Positions 29,806 through 42,259 of a DNA stretch of 64,000 nucleotides are shown here, one piece after another. The DNA comes from Eledone cirrhosa (lineage: Eukaryota), in NCBI GenBank assembly GCA_964016885.1, contig OZ024741.1, forward strand, positions 275,218,001 to 275,282,000, read 5' to 3'. Below the pieces are notes generated by a model. It ran no database searches, was not told where the DNA came from, and saw only the letters and a list, made by a program, of their open reading frames with translations. A program made the position numbers and the translations under genes. Each line of letters opens with the position of its first letter. Positions within the stretch are counted from its first letter, which is position 1.

Positions 29806-29862
29806 TTTTATCTGATGAAAGCACACCATAATTTAACTTGGTGTCCTTGAAATATGTATAAT
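29806..29862 (+). ncRNA. Hammerhead-like motif, long stem II family
   Basis: TTTTAT-CTGATGA-AAGCACACCA-loop-TGGTGTCCTT-GAAA-TATG-TA-TAAT. Confidence 0.6.
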
Positions 29863-30205
29863 GAAATAAATATGGTTTTATAAATATAGTTTCCATTTGT
29901 TAATATATCGTATATATATATATATATATATATAAGGATTAAACTAGCTAAACCATTATTCAACTGAATACTTAGGAGTTAGGATAGTAGAGTGTGCCTG
30001 TATTAGAAAGAGTTGGGAACCGACGGTTGAGCTCTTACCTTTTCAGCCACTAGCTTCAGTCTGGAACTAGCAATCAAAACAGCAAGAGCTCAGCAGTCGG
30101 GCCCTGACTCTTTCTAATATATGTCTGCATGGAAAATTGGATGTAAAAATGATGATGATGATGATGATGATTATATATTGAAAACTTGACTGTCACCACT
30201 GAATA

Positions 30206-30244
30206 TGAACCTGAAGATTGCAAAAGCATGAAAGTACTTGTTCA
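30206..30244 (+). ncRNA. Minimal type I hammerhead ribozyme with intact core
   Basis: TGAAC-CTGAAGA-T-TGC-AAAA-GCA-T-GAAA-GTAC-T-T-GTTCA: 5-bp stem I, palindromic loop III. Confidence 0.75.
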
Positions 30245-30345
30245 ATTAACCCTTAACATTTAATATTTCATTATAATATCATCATAATTTTAAAGGATTG
30301 TAAATAAAACGAGTAAATCAGACAAAGTTGGAATTCCTTTTATTA

Positions 30346-30377
<32 letters not shown>

Positions 30378-30659
30378 ATATGTATATATATATATATATA
30401 ATCTATACACAATCATACACACCCGTGTATATATATATATATATATAACAGCGATGAATTAGTTTTGCGAATGTTTTTTATATAAAAGACACAGAAGCGA
30501 AAACCAACCAAACAGTGAGTGTGTTCTGTTATTAATTCTGGCAATATTACACAAATATGACCTCCCCAAGTATAACAATATACATATATATATACACACA
30601 TACACACTAACACACATGTATGTATATATATGTATATATATATATATATATCATCATCA

Positions 30660-30825
30660 CATTATCAATTTACGTCCGCTTTTCCCTGCTTGCAAGGTAG
30701 GATAGGTCCTATTCAGCACAGCATCTCTCCACTTGTCACGGTCCTTCGTCATCTCCTCCGTGAGCTTCAGCGATCTGAGGTCAGCTCTCATCACCTGCGC
30801 CCATGTTTTTTGTGGTCTTCCTCTA
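30660..30825 (-). mobile_element. RTE LINE extreme 3' ORF fragment plus tail
   Basis: SRGRPQKTWAQVMRADLRSLKLTEEMTKDRDKWRDAVL; sister copy at 62650-62838. Confidence 0.85.
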
Positions 30826-30840
30826 CTTATATATACACAT

Positions 30841-30871
<31 letters not shown>

Positions 30872-31476
30872 CCGTTTTACGTCCATTCCTCCACGCTAGC
30901 ATGGGTTAGACGAGTTGTCCTGTTGTGGACAGTGTCTGGTCGGCTGACCTTGTCTTGCTCATACAGGAACTGATTCTGGTTTGATTTCTACAGCTGGATG
31001 CCCTTCCTAACACCAACCTCATTTACAGTGAGTGCTGGGTGCTTTTTTTCTGTGGCGCCTACACGTCCACTTTACAGTGTAGACTGGGTGCTTTTTTGCC
31101 GTGGCAGTGGGAGGGGGTGGGGACATATATATATATATTCTTTTATTGGTTTCAGTAATTAGAATGTGGCCATGCTGAGGCACCACCTTGATTTAGTAAT
31201 TCATATTGATCCCTAGATCCCTGTATTGTACATATTTTCTCAAGTTTGATGCTTATTTTATTGATCTCTTGTTTTTTTTGAGCTGCTAAGTCATTAGAGA
31301 CAGAACACAGACCGAGACACAACACGGACATGCTGTGAGTCACTTGTCGTTCTATATGTTAATGGCAGTAATGTAATTCAGGATACTTCTTATGAAACAC
31401 ATGAGAGCAGGTAGATCCACTGGGAACATATGAAGGAAGTAAAGTGTTATGACTTAGTCCTTGTTTTTATATCATT

Positions 31477-31548
<72 letters not shown>

Positions 31549-32062
31549 CACATACACATTATATATTCTATCTACACACACATTTTATATATATATATAT
31601 ACACACACACACAATCATACATGCATATATATATATACACACATGCTAACACACCACTCTATGTAATGTATTTAGGCTTTTCTATGTGTATCCTCCTATA
31701 TTTTGTTGCCTTGTGTATATATATACAAGTGCATGCATGTTTACATGTGTGTATATATGTAGTGACATGTGTGTATGGTTGTTATGTGTGTGTGTGTGTG
31801 ACTGTTGTATGTGTATGTATATGTGTGTGTGTGTGGTTGTTGTAAGGGCATATATAAGAATAGGATTAAAAGTTAGAGAAACAAAATTTATGGATTCAAA
31901 CTCCAGTTGACAGTTATAAGGAGAGGGTCATAGAATGTCTTTAATGTACCCAGATTAAGATTTGAACTAGACCTACCTATACACATACACACACACATGC
32001 ATACACATATAACTCTCTCTCTCTCTCGCTATATATACATGTACTATATATATACATATACT

Positions 32063-32097
<35 letters not shown>

Positions 32098-32185
32098 CAC
32101 ATACATACATACACACACAAATATGTGTGTGTATATATCTCTATATATATATCCATATAGAAATATACATGTGTGTGTGCTAGTG

Positions 32186-32232
<47 letters not shown>

Positions 32233-32264
32233 AGCAAAACTGAAGTTTCGTTTACATGTAGTTA

Positions 32265-32352
<88 letters not shown>

Positions 32353-33579
32353 ATTGGTGTTGGATGCTTAAAGCATCCGTATGGTGATTCTCTTTTTTTC
32401 TGTGATATATATATATATTATATATATATATAGACATACATGTATGCTTACCTACCTACATACATGCATGCATGCATATACACATACATACATATGTAAT
32501 GTATGTAAGTTAGTGTGTAATGAAGAAATGATATGTTGTAGAGGGTGGTTGTGTTGTGTTCCCTACTATAGGCTTGCTGTGACAAATTTATTCCGTCATA
32601 CAGACAAAAGTAATTCTCATCCTACAATAATAATGTTGAGGGCAGCACTTAAGAAAATGCTGGGTGTAAATCTTTGGATGAGAAATGTGATCTCCTCAAC
32701 AACAACAAAAAAAAGAGTTCTTGACAAGGGCAGATAATTCATGGCAGCTTCTGTCATTGTTAATAGTCATAAATGTTGATTGAACTTTTATCCCTCAGGG
32801 AAGCGCAAAGGAACCCCCTTCTCCAACTTCCTGTGAGTCCTTCTAAACTATCCCTCCCCCCCCCCCGTGTTTTTCTTTCCCAATCATTACCACCCCTCTC
32901 CCCCTCTCCCCACCCTCTCTCTCTTTCCTTCCTTGTTCCACCTTTTCCTAATCCTAGCCTACACTTCACTCCATGACAACCTCATACAAACATGTACATA
33001 GGTATACATACTGGTGTATATACAAACATGTACATGCATATATACACATGCTGGTGTATATGTAAACATATACATAGATATACATGCTGGTGTACATACA
33101 ATCATATACATACATACACATGTTTGTGTATGTACAAACATATACATACATACACATGTTTATGTATATACATACATATACATGCTGGTGTATATACATA
33201 TATGCATGCATACATATGCTGGTGTATATATAAACATATACACATATACACACACACATATATATATATATATATACACATTACTACTACCACACAATGC
33301 ACATACATATATGCAGGGTGGATGTATATATGTTTGTATGTATGTGTGCATGCATATATGTATGTATATATGAATGTATATATGTGTGTGTATATAAATG
33401 TATGTACGTTTGTATGTAAGCATGCATCCTTATATATATAAACACATGCTCTAGCCCACAAGTATGGTGCATGCAGCGAGCTGCTTACATGTGTTAGTGT
33501 AAACACATACATCCATATTGTGTGCGTGTGCATTCACAGACACACACACACACACACTCACACTCACACACATACACAC

Positions 33580-34294
33580 AACTTGTGGTCTACAGACACA
33601 CACACACATGGTGGTCTACAGACACACACACACACACACACATGGTGGTCTACAGACACACACACACACACATTGTGGTCTACAGACACACACACACACA
33701 CACAACTTGTGGTTTACAGACACACACACATGGTGGTCTACAGACACACACACACACACACATGGTGGTCTACAGACACACACACACACACACATGGTGG
33801 TCTACAGACACACACACACACACACACACATTGTGGTCTACAGACACACACACACACACACAACTTGTGGTTTACAGACACACACACATGGTGGTCTACA
33901 GACACACACACACACACACATGGTGGTCTACAGACACACACACACACACACATGGTGGTCTACAGACACACACACACACACACACACATTGTGGTCTACA
34001 GACACACACACACACACACAACTTGTGGTTTACAGACACACACACATGGTGGTCTACAGACACACACACACACACACACACATTGTGGTCTACAGACACA
34101 CACACACACACAAATTGTGGTCTACAGACACACACACACACACACACACACAACTTGTGGTTTACAGACACACACACATGGTGGTCTACAGACACACACA
34201 CACACACACACATGGTGGTCTACAGACACACACACACACACACAAACATTGTGGGCTACAGACACACACACACACACACAAATTGTGGTCTACA

Positions 34295-34332
<38 letters not shown>

Positions 34333-34500
34333 TTGTGGTCTACAGACATACACACACACACACAGATACACACACACAGATACACACACAAATTGTGGTC
34401 TACAGACACACACACAGATACACACACAAATTGTGGTTTACAGACACATACACACATTGTGGTCTAGACACATACACACACATACATGCATGGTGGTCTA
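33580..34500. repeat. GTGGTCTACAGA motif separated by variable (CA)n, with higher-order periodicity
   Basis: About 30 motifs; a TTGTGGTTTACAG variant recurs every few units. Confidence 0.9.
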
Positions 34501-35062
34501 CCCCCCCCCCCCCCACACACAGTTGTATACATAGACACACATGGAGGTGTCCAGGCACACACACAAACACACACACACACATAGTTGTATACATACATAC
34601 ATACACAGATACATATGGAGGTGTCCAGGCACACACACAAACACAAACACACATAGGCTAATATAGAAACATTCACACACACACAAATGATGATATATAT
34701 ACATACATACACACATATGATGATATATATACATACACACATATATACACATGCTGGCACACACAAACAAACACACAAACCCACAACTTTGCTGTCCTCT
34801 TTATAAACAGAGGGAGTGGGTAGGAGTGGGTGTGGTTTCTTAAGGAGTTTGATGGCAGATATAGAGAGTGTGGGGGGGGGGTGAAAAAGAGATGAGTCAG
34901 ATATGAGGTGGGGGGAGGGTTTGTTGGGGGGGGGGGGGGGGGGGGGGGTCAGTGTAAATGTGAGAGGGGGTAGGTGATTGATGATATGTGACAGTTTAGT
35001 GACAGAGAGTTTGACACAGCTGAGACATGTAGCTACTGCTACTACTACTACTACTACTACTG

Positions 35063-35101
<39 letters not shown>

Positions 35102-35305
35102 TTATTACTACTTCTACTATTACTACTACTACTACTGCTACTACTACTATTACTACTACTACTGCTGCTACTACTACCACGACCATAACCTTCACAGCTA
35201 TAACTTACACAACCACTACTATATATATATGCATATATGTGTGTGAGTGTATGTATATATATGTGTGTGTATGTATATATATGTGTGTGTGTGTAATTAT
35301 ATGTG

Positions 35306-35345
<40 letters not shown>

Positions 35346-35716
35346 CATATATATATATTTATATGCACACATGTATATGTATATATATATATATATATAC
35401 ACACACGCACCTTGCTATCATGGAGAACCAGTGTTAAATGATGATATGTAACTAAATGTGTTCCTATCTTTAGGTCAACATTGGCTGACAAGGTGAATAG
35501 TATGTTTGTATATCAGCCAAACAAAATATATAGATGTCCCTCAACATAACCTCTATGAAATAATCCATATTTTCTTTATGTGGTATATTTGATGACTGTT
35601 CTTCCCATTAGTATATATACAGACATAAAGTCATAGCACCGACTACCTGTTCAGTCATTGTGCACTTTCGGTGATTAAATATTAGATTAACTAAGTTTGT
35701 ACTGCCTATGTTCATA

Positions 35717-35798
<82 letters not shown>

Positions 35799-35818
35799 CA
35801 CATCACCAACAGTCCTAA

Positions 35819-36277
35819 GGATGCTCTTGCTGAAAGCCTGAAACTTGTCCCCTTCAAAGCAATGCAACACACCCGCTGTAGTTTATGAAGCTGTGATCAC
35901 TTCCAATCGACCAAATCAACCACTGGAGGTCAAATCCTATGTGGGTATGGCGGGGTGGGGGGTGGGGGTTTAAGGAACGCTTCCTGAACCATCAGTAGAC
36001 CTTTAGATACCCAGACAAACGATCATCCACGAAACTCGCGAGCCACGTATGGTCCCTCAAGGACTCAGGTATAGACTACTCCATTCAATGGAAAGCCATC
36101 ACTAAGTCCAAGCCATACGCAAGGGGCAATCCGTCGTGTGGACTGTGTATTGAAGAAAGGATAAATATTCTAAGGTGATTACGCAATGGCGATTGCCTAA
36201 ATTCTAGGATTAAATTCTTCTCACGTTGTCCACATGTCTGGAAGCACCTCTTGCATAACTACAAAGCTCCGGATTGA
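35819..36277 (+). pseudogene. Penelope-like element C-terminal GIY-YIG endonuclease remnant
   Basis: Across frameshifts and stops: CSC*KPETCPL..C..AVVYEAVIT..KSYVGM..FKERFLNH..F..STKLASHVWSLKD..IQWK..PY..CGLCIEE..LNSR..SRCPH..KHLL. Confidence 0.85.
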
Positions 36278-36445
36278 ATAACAACAACATTCTAATTTTC
36301 TAATCAACTCGAACATCTTTTCCGGACTTTCGCAGTTATGTCCCTTACACCTTTCGCCCGTGGCTTTGTATCGCTTGGGTGAAGTGACCGTTTCTGCGCA
36401 TGCGCGTTCATACGGTTCTTCCTGTTCCGTATAATCATGGCAAGT

Positions 36446-36485
36446 CCGAGCTTAAGATCCGCTAAGGTGAAACAATTGTTCTCGG
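36446..36485 (+). ncRNA. Minimal type I hammerhead (G5U core mutation) in the PLE 3' region
   Basis: CCGAG-CTTAAGA-T-CC-GCTAA-GG-T-GAAA-CAATTG-T-T-CTCGG, about 170 nt after the endonuclease stop codon. Confidence 0.7.
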
Positions 36486-36524
36486 TATGGCGAACTAACT
36501 GTTGTGTTACTACTTATATATATA

Positions 36525-36610
<86 letters not shown>

Positions 36611-36696
36611 TACATATACATGCTTCTAACTAATTCACCAATCTCTCCTCTCCTATCTCCATCTCTCTCTTTAAGATTGGTTACTCTTGAACTGTG

Positions 36697-36786
<90 letters not shown>

Positions 36787-36868
36787 TGTGTGTGTCTGAT
36801 GGTAGCTAAGATGCTTCCATAGGCGGTATGCTGGTTGAGCACTCTATGCTCTTACAGAGCAGAATATG

Positions 36869-37160
36869 ATAGAATAGAAAACGAAAAATGAATGATGCAT
36901 CTGAACTCAATTTATTGTGTGTTACAATTGTTTCACCGGCGGACAGCTCGAGACGCAATCATTGTGTGGATCTGTTTGATTCTGGACCCGCAGGTTCGAC
37001 GGACACATCTAATGACTTCGTGAGAGAATTTGCTCCGAATCATTAGACGTGCCCGTCGAACCTGCGGGTCCAGAATCAGACAGATCCACACAATGATCGC
37101 GTCTCGAGCTGTCCACCGGCGAAACAATTGAGTTCAGTGATTTTTCGTTTTCTATTCTAT
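36869..37160. repeat. Long fold-back (inverted repeat) centred near 37025
   Basis: For example TTCTGGACCCGCAGGTTCGACGG / CCGTCGAACCTGCGGGTCCAGAA, with ends ATAGAATAGAAAACGAAAAAT / ATTTTTCGTTTTCTATTCTAT. Confidence 0.9.
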
Positions 37161-37180
37161 ATATATATATATATATGAAA

Positions 37181-39137
37181 TAGTTGCTGAGATGCTGAAG
37201 GCATCTGGCACGGTGGGACACACCATGGTCACCCGGATAGTTAACCAAGTCGTACAGAATGGGGTTGTTCCGAAGGACTGGCATAGCAGCATCATCGTTA
37301 ACTGTTATAAGGGTAAAGGAGATGCCCTAGATAGGAGTAACTATAGAGGCATTAAATTAATCGACCAGGTCATGAAGGTCACGGAAAAAGTAATAGCGCA
37401 ACTAATCAGAGAGAGAATTGACCTAGATGAAATGCAGTTCGGGTTTGTGTCAGGAAAAAGTACCACAGACGCTCTTTTCATTGTACGACAACTACAGGAG
37501 AAGTACCTAGCTAAAGGTAAACCCCTCTACTTAGCTTTTGTCGACTTGGAGAAAGCCTTCGACAGAGTCCCCCGTTCCATTATCTGGTGGGCCCTTAGAA
37601 AACTAGGTGTCGACGAATGGCTTGTGAGAGCTATACAAGCCATGTATAAAGAAACAGTCAGCAAGGTTAGAATTAACAACGAATATAGTGAAGAGTTTAG
37701 CGTAAAAGTTGGCGTCCATCAGGGCTCTGTTCTCAGCCCCCTACTATTTATTATTGCCCTTCAGGCTATAACAGAGGAGTTCAAGACCGGCTGCCCATGG
37801 GAACTCCTATACGCAGACAACCTGACACTCATAGCTGAATCAATGGCCGAGCTAGAGAAGAAATTCCAAACATGGAAGCACGGCCTAGAATCAAAAGGCC
37901 TTAAAATTAACCTGGCTAAGACTAAAGTTCTAGTTTCTAGGAAAGAAAATAAGGCGGCGGTCCCTTCCGGGAAATGGCCATGCTCAGTGTGTAGGAAAGG
38001 CGTAGGTAGAAACTCCATTTTATGTCCCAAATGCAAAGTATGGGTGCATAAAAGATGTAGTGGGATCACAGGTAAGCTAACTAAGAACATAGATTTTACA
38101 TGTGGCCGGTGCTCTGGTGCAATAAGTAGCAGCAAGTGCCCACAAAATACTAGCTCTTACAACTGCGCAGAGGGCTCTATAGAAATAGTGGACAGCTTCC
38201 GTTACCTGGGTGACAAAATCAGCAGTGGGGGAGGGTGCTCTGAAAGTACAGTAACTAGAGTCAGAACTGGATGGAAAAAGTTCAGAGAGCTTATACCACT
38301 ATTAGCCGCTAAAGGGTTCTCCCTAAAAATGAAAGGCAGGTTGTATGATGCCTGCATACGAACAGCAATGTTGCATGGCAGTGAGACCTGGGCATTGTGT
38401 GCAGAGGATATACGCAGACTAGAGAGGAACGAAGCTTGCATGCTCCGCTGGATGTGTAATAGTAATATACGTGAACGGCAAAGCATAAATGAACTAAGGA
38501 AAAAATTAGAAATAAGAGGGATCAGATGTTGTTTACTCGAGAGAAGGCTACGTTGGTATGGACACGTGATGCGCATGAAAGTCGATAGCTGTATAACAAA
38601 GTGCAGGGCAATAAAGATAGACGGTAGCCACGGAATAGGCAGACCTAGAAAAACCTGGGACGAGCTGATAAACTCCGACCTCACACACTTACACCTCTCC
38701 AAGACAATGTCACTGGACCGAGACCTTTGGCGGTACTCAGTAATAGAGAAGACCCGCCTTACCTAAATACATAGTAAAACCTACTACAGCCAGTAGGCAT
38801 CTCTAACAAAATACACCCCCGTCCCACCACCCCCACCCCATCCACACCACCCCCTTCTATGTAAAGTTATGTTGGTGCCACACCATCCAGGCCGAAACAG
38901 ATGAGATCGTGTAGGTGTCACGACAAAAAACACACAGTCCACGCTGTAATGTGGCCGTGTAGGCAACACGGTAAAAACCTCCCAGACCCACACTGTAAAT
39001 GTGGTTGGTGTTAGGAAGGGCATCCAACTGTAGAAAACCTGCCAGACAGTCCTATGCGAGCAAGACAATCACTCTTGCCTCAAGTGGGAATACCCCCGTC
39101 CAAACCCATGCAAGCGTGGAACACGGACGTTAAACGT

Positions 39138-39170
<33 letters not shown>
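37181..39170 (+). mobile_element. 5'-truncated RTE-clade LINE with 3' UTR and (GAT)n tail
   Basis: RT ORF followed by about 400 bp of UTR; flanked by (TA)nTGAAA on both sides (probable TSD). Confidence 0.9.
37192..38766 (+). CDS. RTE-type reverse transcriptase (truncated; YADN) with an internal PHD-like Cys/His finger
   Basis: NYRGIKL, QFGF, AFVDLEKAFDRV, GVHQGSVLSPLLF, LLYADN, FRYLG, RRLRWYGHVMR, GRPRKTW motifs. The Met start is probably internal. Confidence 0.9.
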   Translation: MLKASGTVGHTMVTRIVNQVVQNGVVPKDWHSSIIVNCYKGKGDALDRSNYRGIKLIDQVMKVTEKVIAQLIRERIDLDEMQFGFVSGKSTTDALFIVRQLQEKYLAKGKPLYLAFVDLEKAFDRVPRSIIWWALRKLGVDEWLVRAIQAMYKETVSKVRINNEYSEEFSVKVGVHQGSVLSPLLFIIALQAITEEFKTGCPWELLYADNLTLIAESMAELEKKFQTWKHGLESKGLKINLAKTKVLVSRKENKAAVPSGKWPCSVCRKGVGRNSILCPKCKVWVHKRCSGITGKLTKNIDFTCGRCSGAISSSKCPQNTSSYNCAEGSIEIVDSFRYLGDKISSGGGCSESTVTRVRTGWKKFRELIPLLAAKGFSLKMKGRLYDACIRTAMLHGSETWALCAEDIRRLERNEACMLRWMCNSNIRERQSINELRKKLEIRGIRCCLLERRLRWYGHVMRMKVDSCITKCRAIKIDGSHGIGRPRKTWDELINSDLTHLHLSKTMSLDRDLWRYSVIEKTRLT

Positions 39171-39171
<1 letters not shown>

Positions 39172-39355
39172 ATATATATATATATATATGAAAATGTTAG
39201 ACACCAACGGCAGAGCTTAAGCCGTTTCGACGGCTATTTCCTTCGTTATATATATATATATATATATAATATATATATATATATATACTGTTATACTCTG
39301 CTATGTATTGAGTACCTTACTTACTGTGGTTACCTCCGATTCAACCCGGAATAAC

Positions 39356-39400
<45 letters not shown>

Positions 39401-39534
39401 AAAAAGTATGACCCCGACGGCAGAGCTCAAGCCGTTTCGACGGCTATTTCTGGACTATTTCCCACTCTACTACCCTAAGTATTGAGTACTCTGGTGCATT
39501 ATGGCCCATCTGGTTCCTTACCACAAGTCCTTTG

Positions 39535-39581
<47 letters not shown>

Positions 39582-40059
39582 TATATATATTGAGTCTGGA
39601 ATTAGATGTCTAGAGCGCAAGAACTCTGCCGTTGGGCCCCAATTCTTTCTAATATAGTCTCATTCTACTATCCCAAATATTGAGTACTCTGTTGAATAAT
39701 GATCTTACTGATTTAATACTGGTTTAATCCTGATATATATAGTATACGAAAGTCACTGAATTTATATTAGTGACTTCCGGCCATGACACACTCACACAAC
39801 AAAATAAGTGTGTGCAGTTAATTGGCAGCATCTTGCATTACTGAGTGCACACACACACACAGACACACAGACACATACATATATATATATATATATATGA
39901 GTCCCAGGTTCAATATACACCTGTTACCTAACTGAGGTGTATAACGTCCCTTCCACTCACCTGTTACCTAATTAAGGTCTAAACGTCCCTTCTACTCACC
40001 TGACTGAGGTGTATATGCTGAGGTGACTGTTGTTGTTGCTGTTGTGTTGATCATCTCTA

Positions 40060-40275
40060 TGGCAGTAATCGGTAGAGCGTCAGACGCCATGCTCTTTGCA
40101 GCATAGAGTTATGGCCCTTTACATTCTGAGTTCAAATGCTGCTGAGGTTAGCTTTGCTTTTCAACATTACAGCGGATTGATAAAATAAAGTACCAGTAAT
40201 ACACTGAGATCGATTTAATTGACTTCCCCTCCCCCCAAAATTGTTGGCCTTGTGTCTAAAGTAGAAACCATCATT
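40060..40275 (+). mobile_element. SINE family A
   Basis: Similarity to the other copies. Confidence 0.8.
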
Positions 40276-40282
40276 ATAGTTC

Positions 40283-42165
40283 TCTTTCTCTCCCTCCTTA
40301 TGTACTCTATCTCTCTCCCTCCTTATGTACTGTCTCTCTCCCTCCTTATGTACTCCATCTCTCTCCCTCCTTATGTACTCTGTCTCATGTCTTCTCTCTC
40401 TTACATCCTCTCCCTCCCTCTCCTTATGTACTCTATGTCTCTCCCTCCTTATGTACTCCATCTCTCTCCCTCCTTATGTACTCTGTCTCATGTCTTCTCT
40501 CTCTTACATCCTCTCCCTCCCTCTCCTTATGTACTCTATGTCTCTCCCTCCTTATGTACTCCATCTCTCTCCCTCCTTATGTACTCTGTCTCATGTCTTC
40601 TCTCTCTTACATCCTCTCCCTCTCCTTATGTACTCTATGTCTCTCCCTCCTTATGTACTCCATCTCTCTCCCTCCTTATGTACTCTGTCTCATGTCTTCT
40701 CTCTCTTACATCCTCTCCCTCCCTCTCCTTATGTACTCTATGTCTCTCCCTCCTTATGTACTCCATCTCTCTCCCTCCTTATGTACTCCATCTCTCTCCC
40801 TCCTTATGTACTCTGTCTCATGTCTTCTCTCTCTTACATCCTCTCCCTCCCTCTCCTTATGTACTCTATGTCTCTCCCTCCTTATGTACTCAATCTCTCT
40901 CCCTCCTTATGTACTCTGGCTCATGTCTTCTCTCTCTTACATCCTCTCCCTCCCTCTCCTTATGTACTCTATGTCTCTCCCTCCTTATGTACTCCATCTC
41001 TCTCCCTCCTTATGTACTCTGTCTCATGTCTTCTCTCTCTTACATCCTCTCCCTCCATCTCCTTATGTACTCTATGTCTCTCCCTCCTTATGTACTCCAT
41101 CTCTCTCCCTCCTTATGTACTCTGTCTCATGTCTTCTCTCTCTTACATCCTCTCCCTCCATCTCCTTATGTACTCTATGTCTCTCCCTCCTTATGTACTC
41201 CATCTCTCTCCCTCCTTATGTACTCTGTCTCGTCTTCTCTCTCTTACATTCTCTCCCTCCCTCTCCTTATGTACTCTATGTCTCTCCCTCCTTATGTACT
41301 CCATCTCTCTCCCTCCTTATGTACTCTGTCTCATGTCTTCTCTCTCTTACATCCTCTCCCTCCATCTCCTTATGTACTCTATGTCTCTCCCTCCTTATGT
41401 ACTCCATCTCTCTCCCTCCTTATGTACTCTGTCTCGTCTTCTCTCTCTTACATCCTCTCCCTCCCTCTCCTTATGTACTCTATGTCTCTCCCTCCTTATG
41501 TACTCCATCTCTCTCCCTCCTTATGTACTCTGTCTCATGTCTTCTCTCTCTTACATCCTCTCCCTCCATCTCCTTATGTACTCTATGTCTCTCCCTCCTT
41601 ATGTACTCCATCTCTCTCCCTCCTTATGTACTCTGGCTCATGTCTTCTCTCTCTTACATCCTCTCCCTCCCTCTCCTTATGTACTCTATCTCTCTCCCTC
41701 CTTATGTACTCTGTCTCATGTCTTCTCTCTCTTACATCCTCTCCCTCCCTCTCCTTATGTACTCTATCTCTCTCCCTCCTTATGTATTCTGTCTCATGTC
41801 TTCTCTCTCTTACATCCTCTCCCTCCCTCTCCTTATGTACTCTATCTCTCTCCCTCCTTATCTACTCTGTCTCATGTCTTCTCTTTCTTACATCCTCTCC
41901 CTCCTTATGTGCTCTATCTCTCTCCCCCTCCTTATGTGCTCTATCTCTCTCCCTCCTTATGTACTCTGTCTCATGTCTTCTCTCTCTTACATCCTCTCCC
42001 TCTCCTTATGTGCTCTATCTCTCCCTCTCCTTATGTGCTCTATCTCTCTCCCTCTCCTTATGTGCTCTATCTCTCTCCCTCTCCTTATGTGCTCTATCTC
42101 TCTCCCTCTCCTTATGTGTTCTATCTCTCTCCCTCCTTATGTACTCTGTCTCATGTCTTTCTCTG
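40283..42165. repeat. Pyrimidine-rich minisatellite (CTCCCTCCTTATGTACTC core) with a higher-order unit of about 97 bp
   Basis: Direct. Confidence 0.95.
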
Positions 42166-42259
42166 TTTCTAAAGTCATCTCTGTCTTTCTCTCTCTCCGT
42201 CTCTGTTCAGGTTCAAAATCCTCAACATACACCACTGTATGTCACTGAAGGTTTTCACC

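Noticed and set aside
33580-34500. CRISPR-like repeat and spacer appearance (also 59140-60472 and 61375-61816)
   Set aside because: Spacers are simple microsatellites, there are no cas genes, and the context is eukaryotic.
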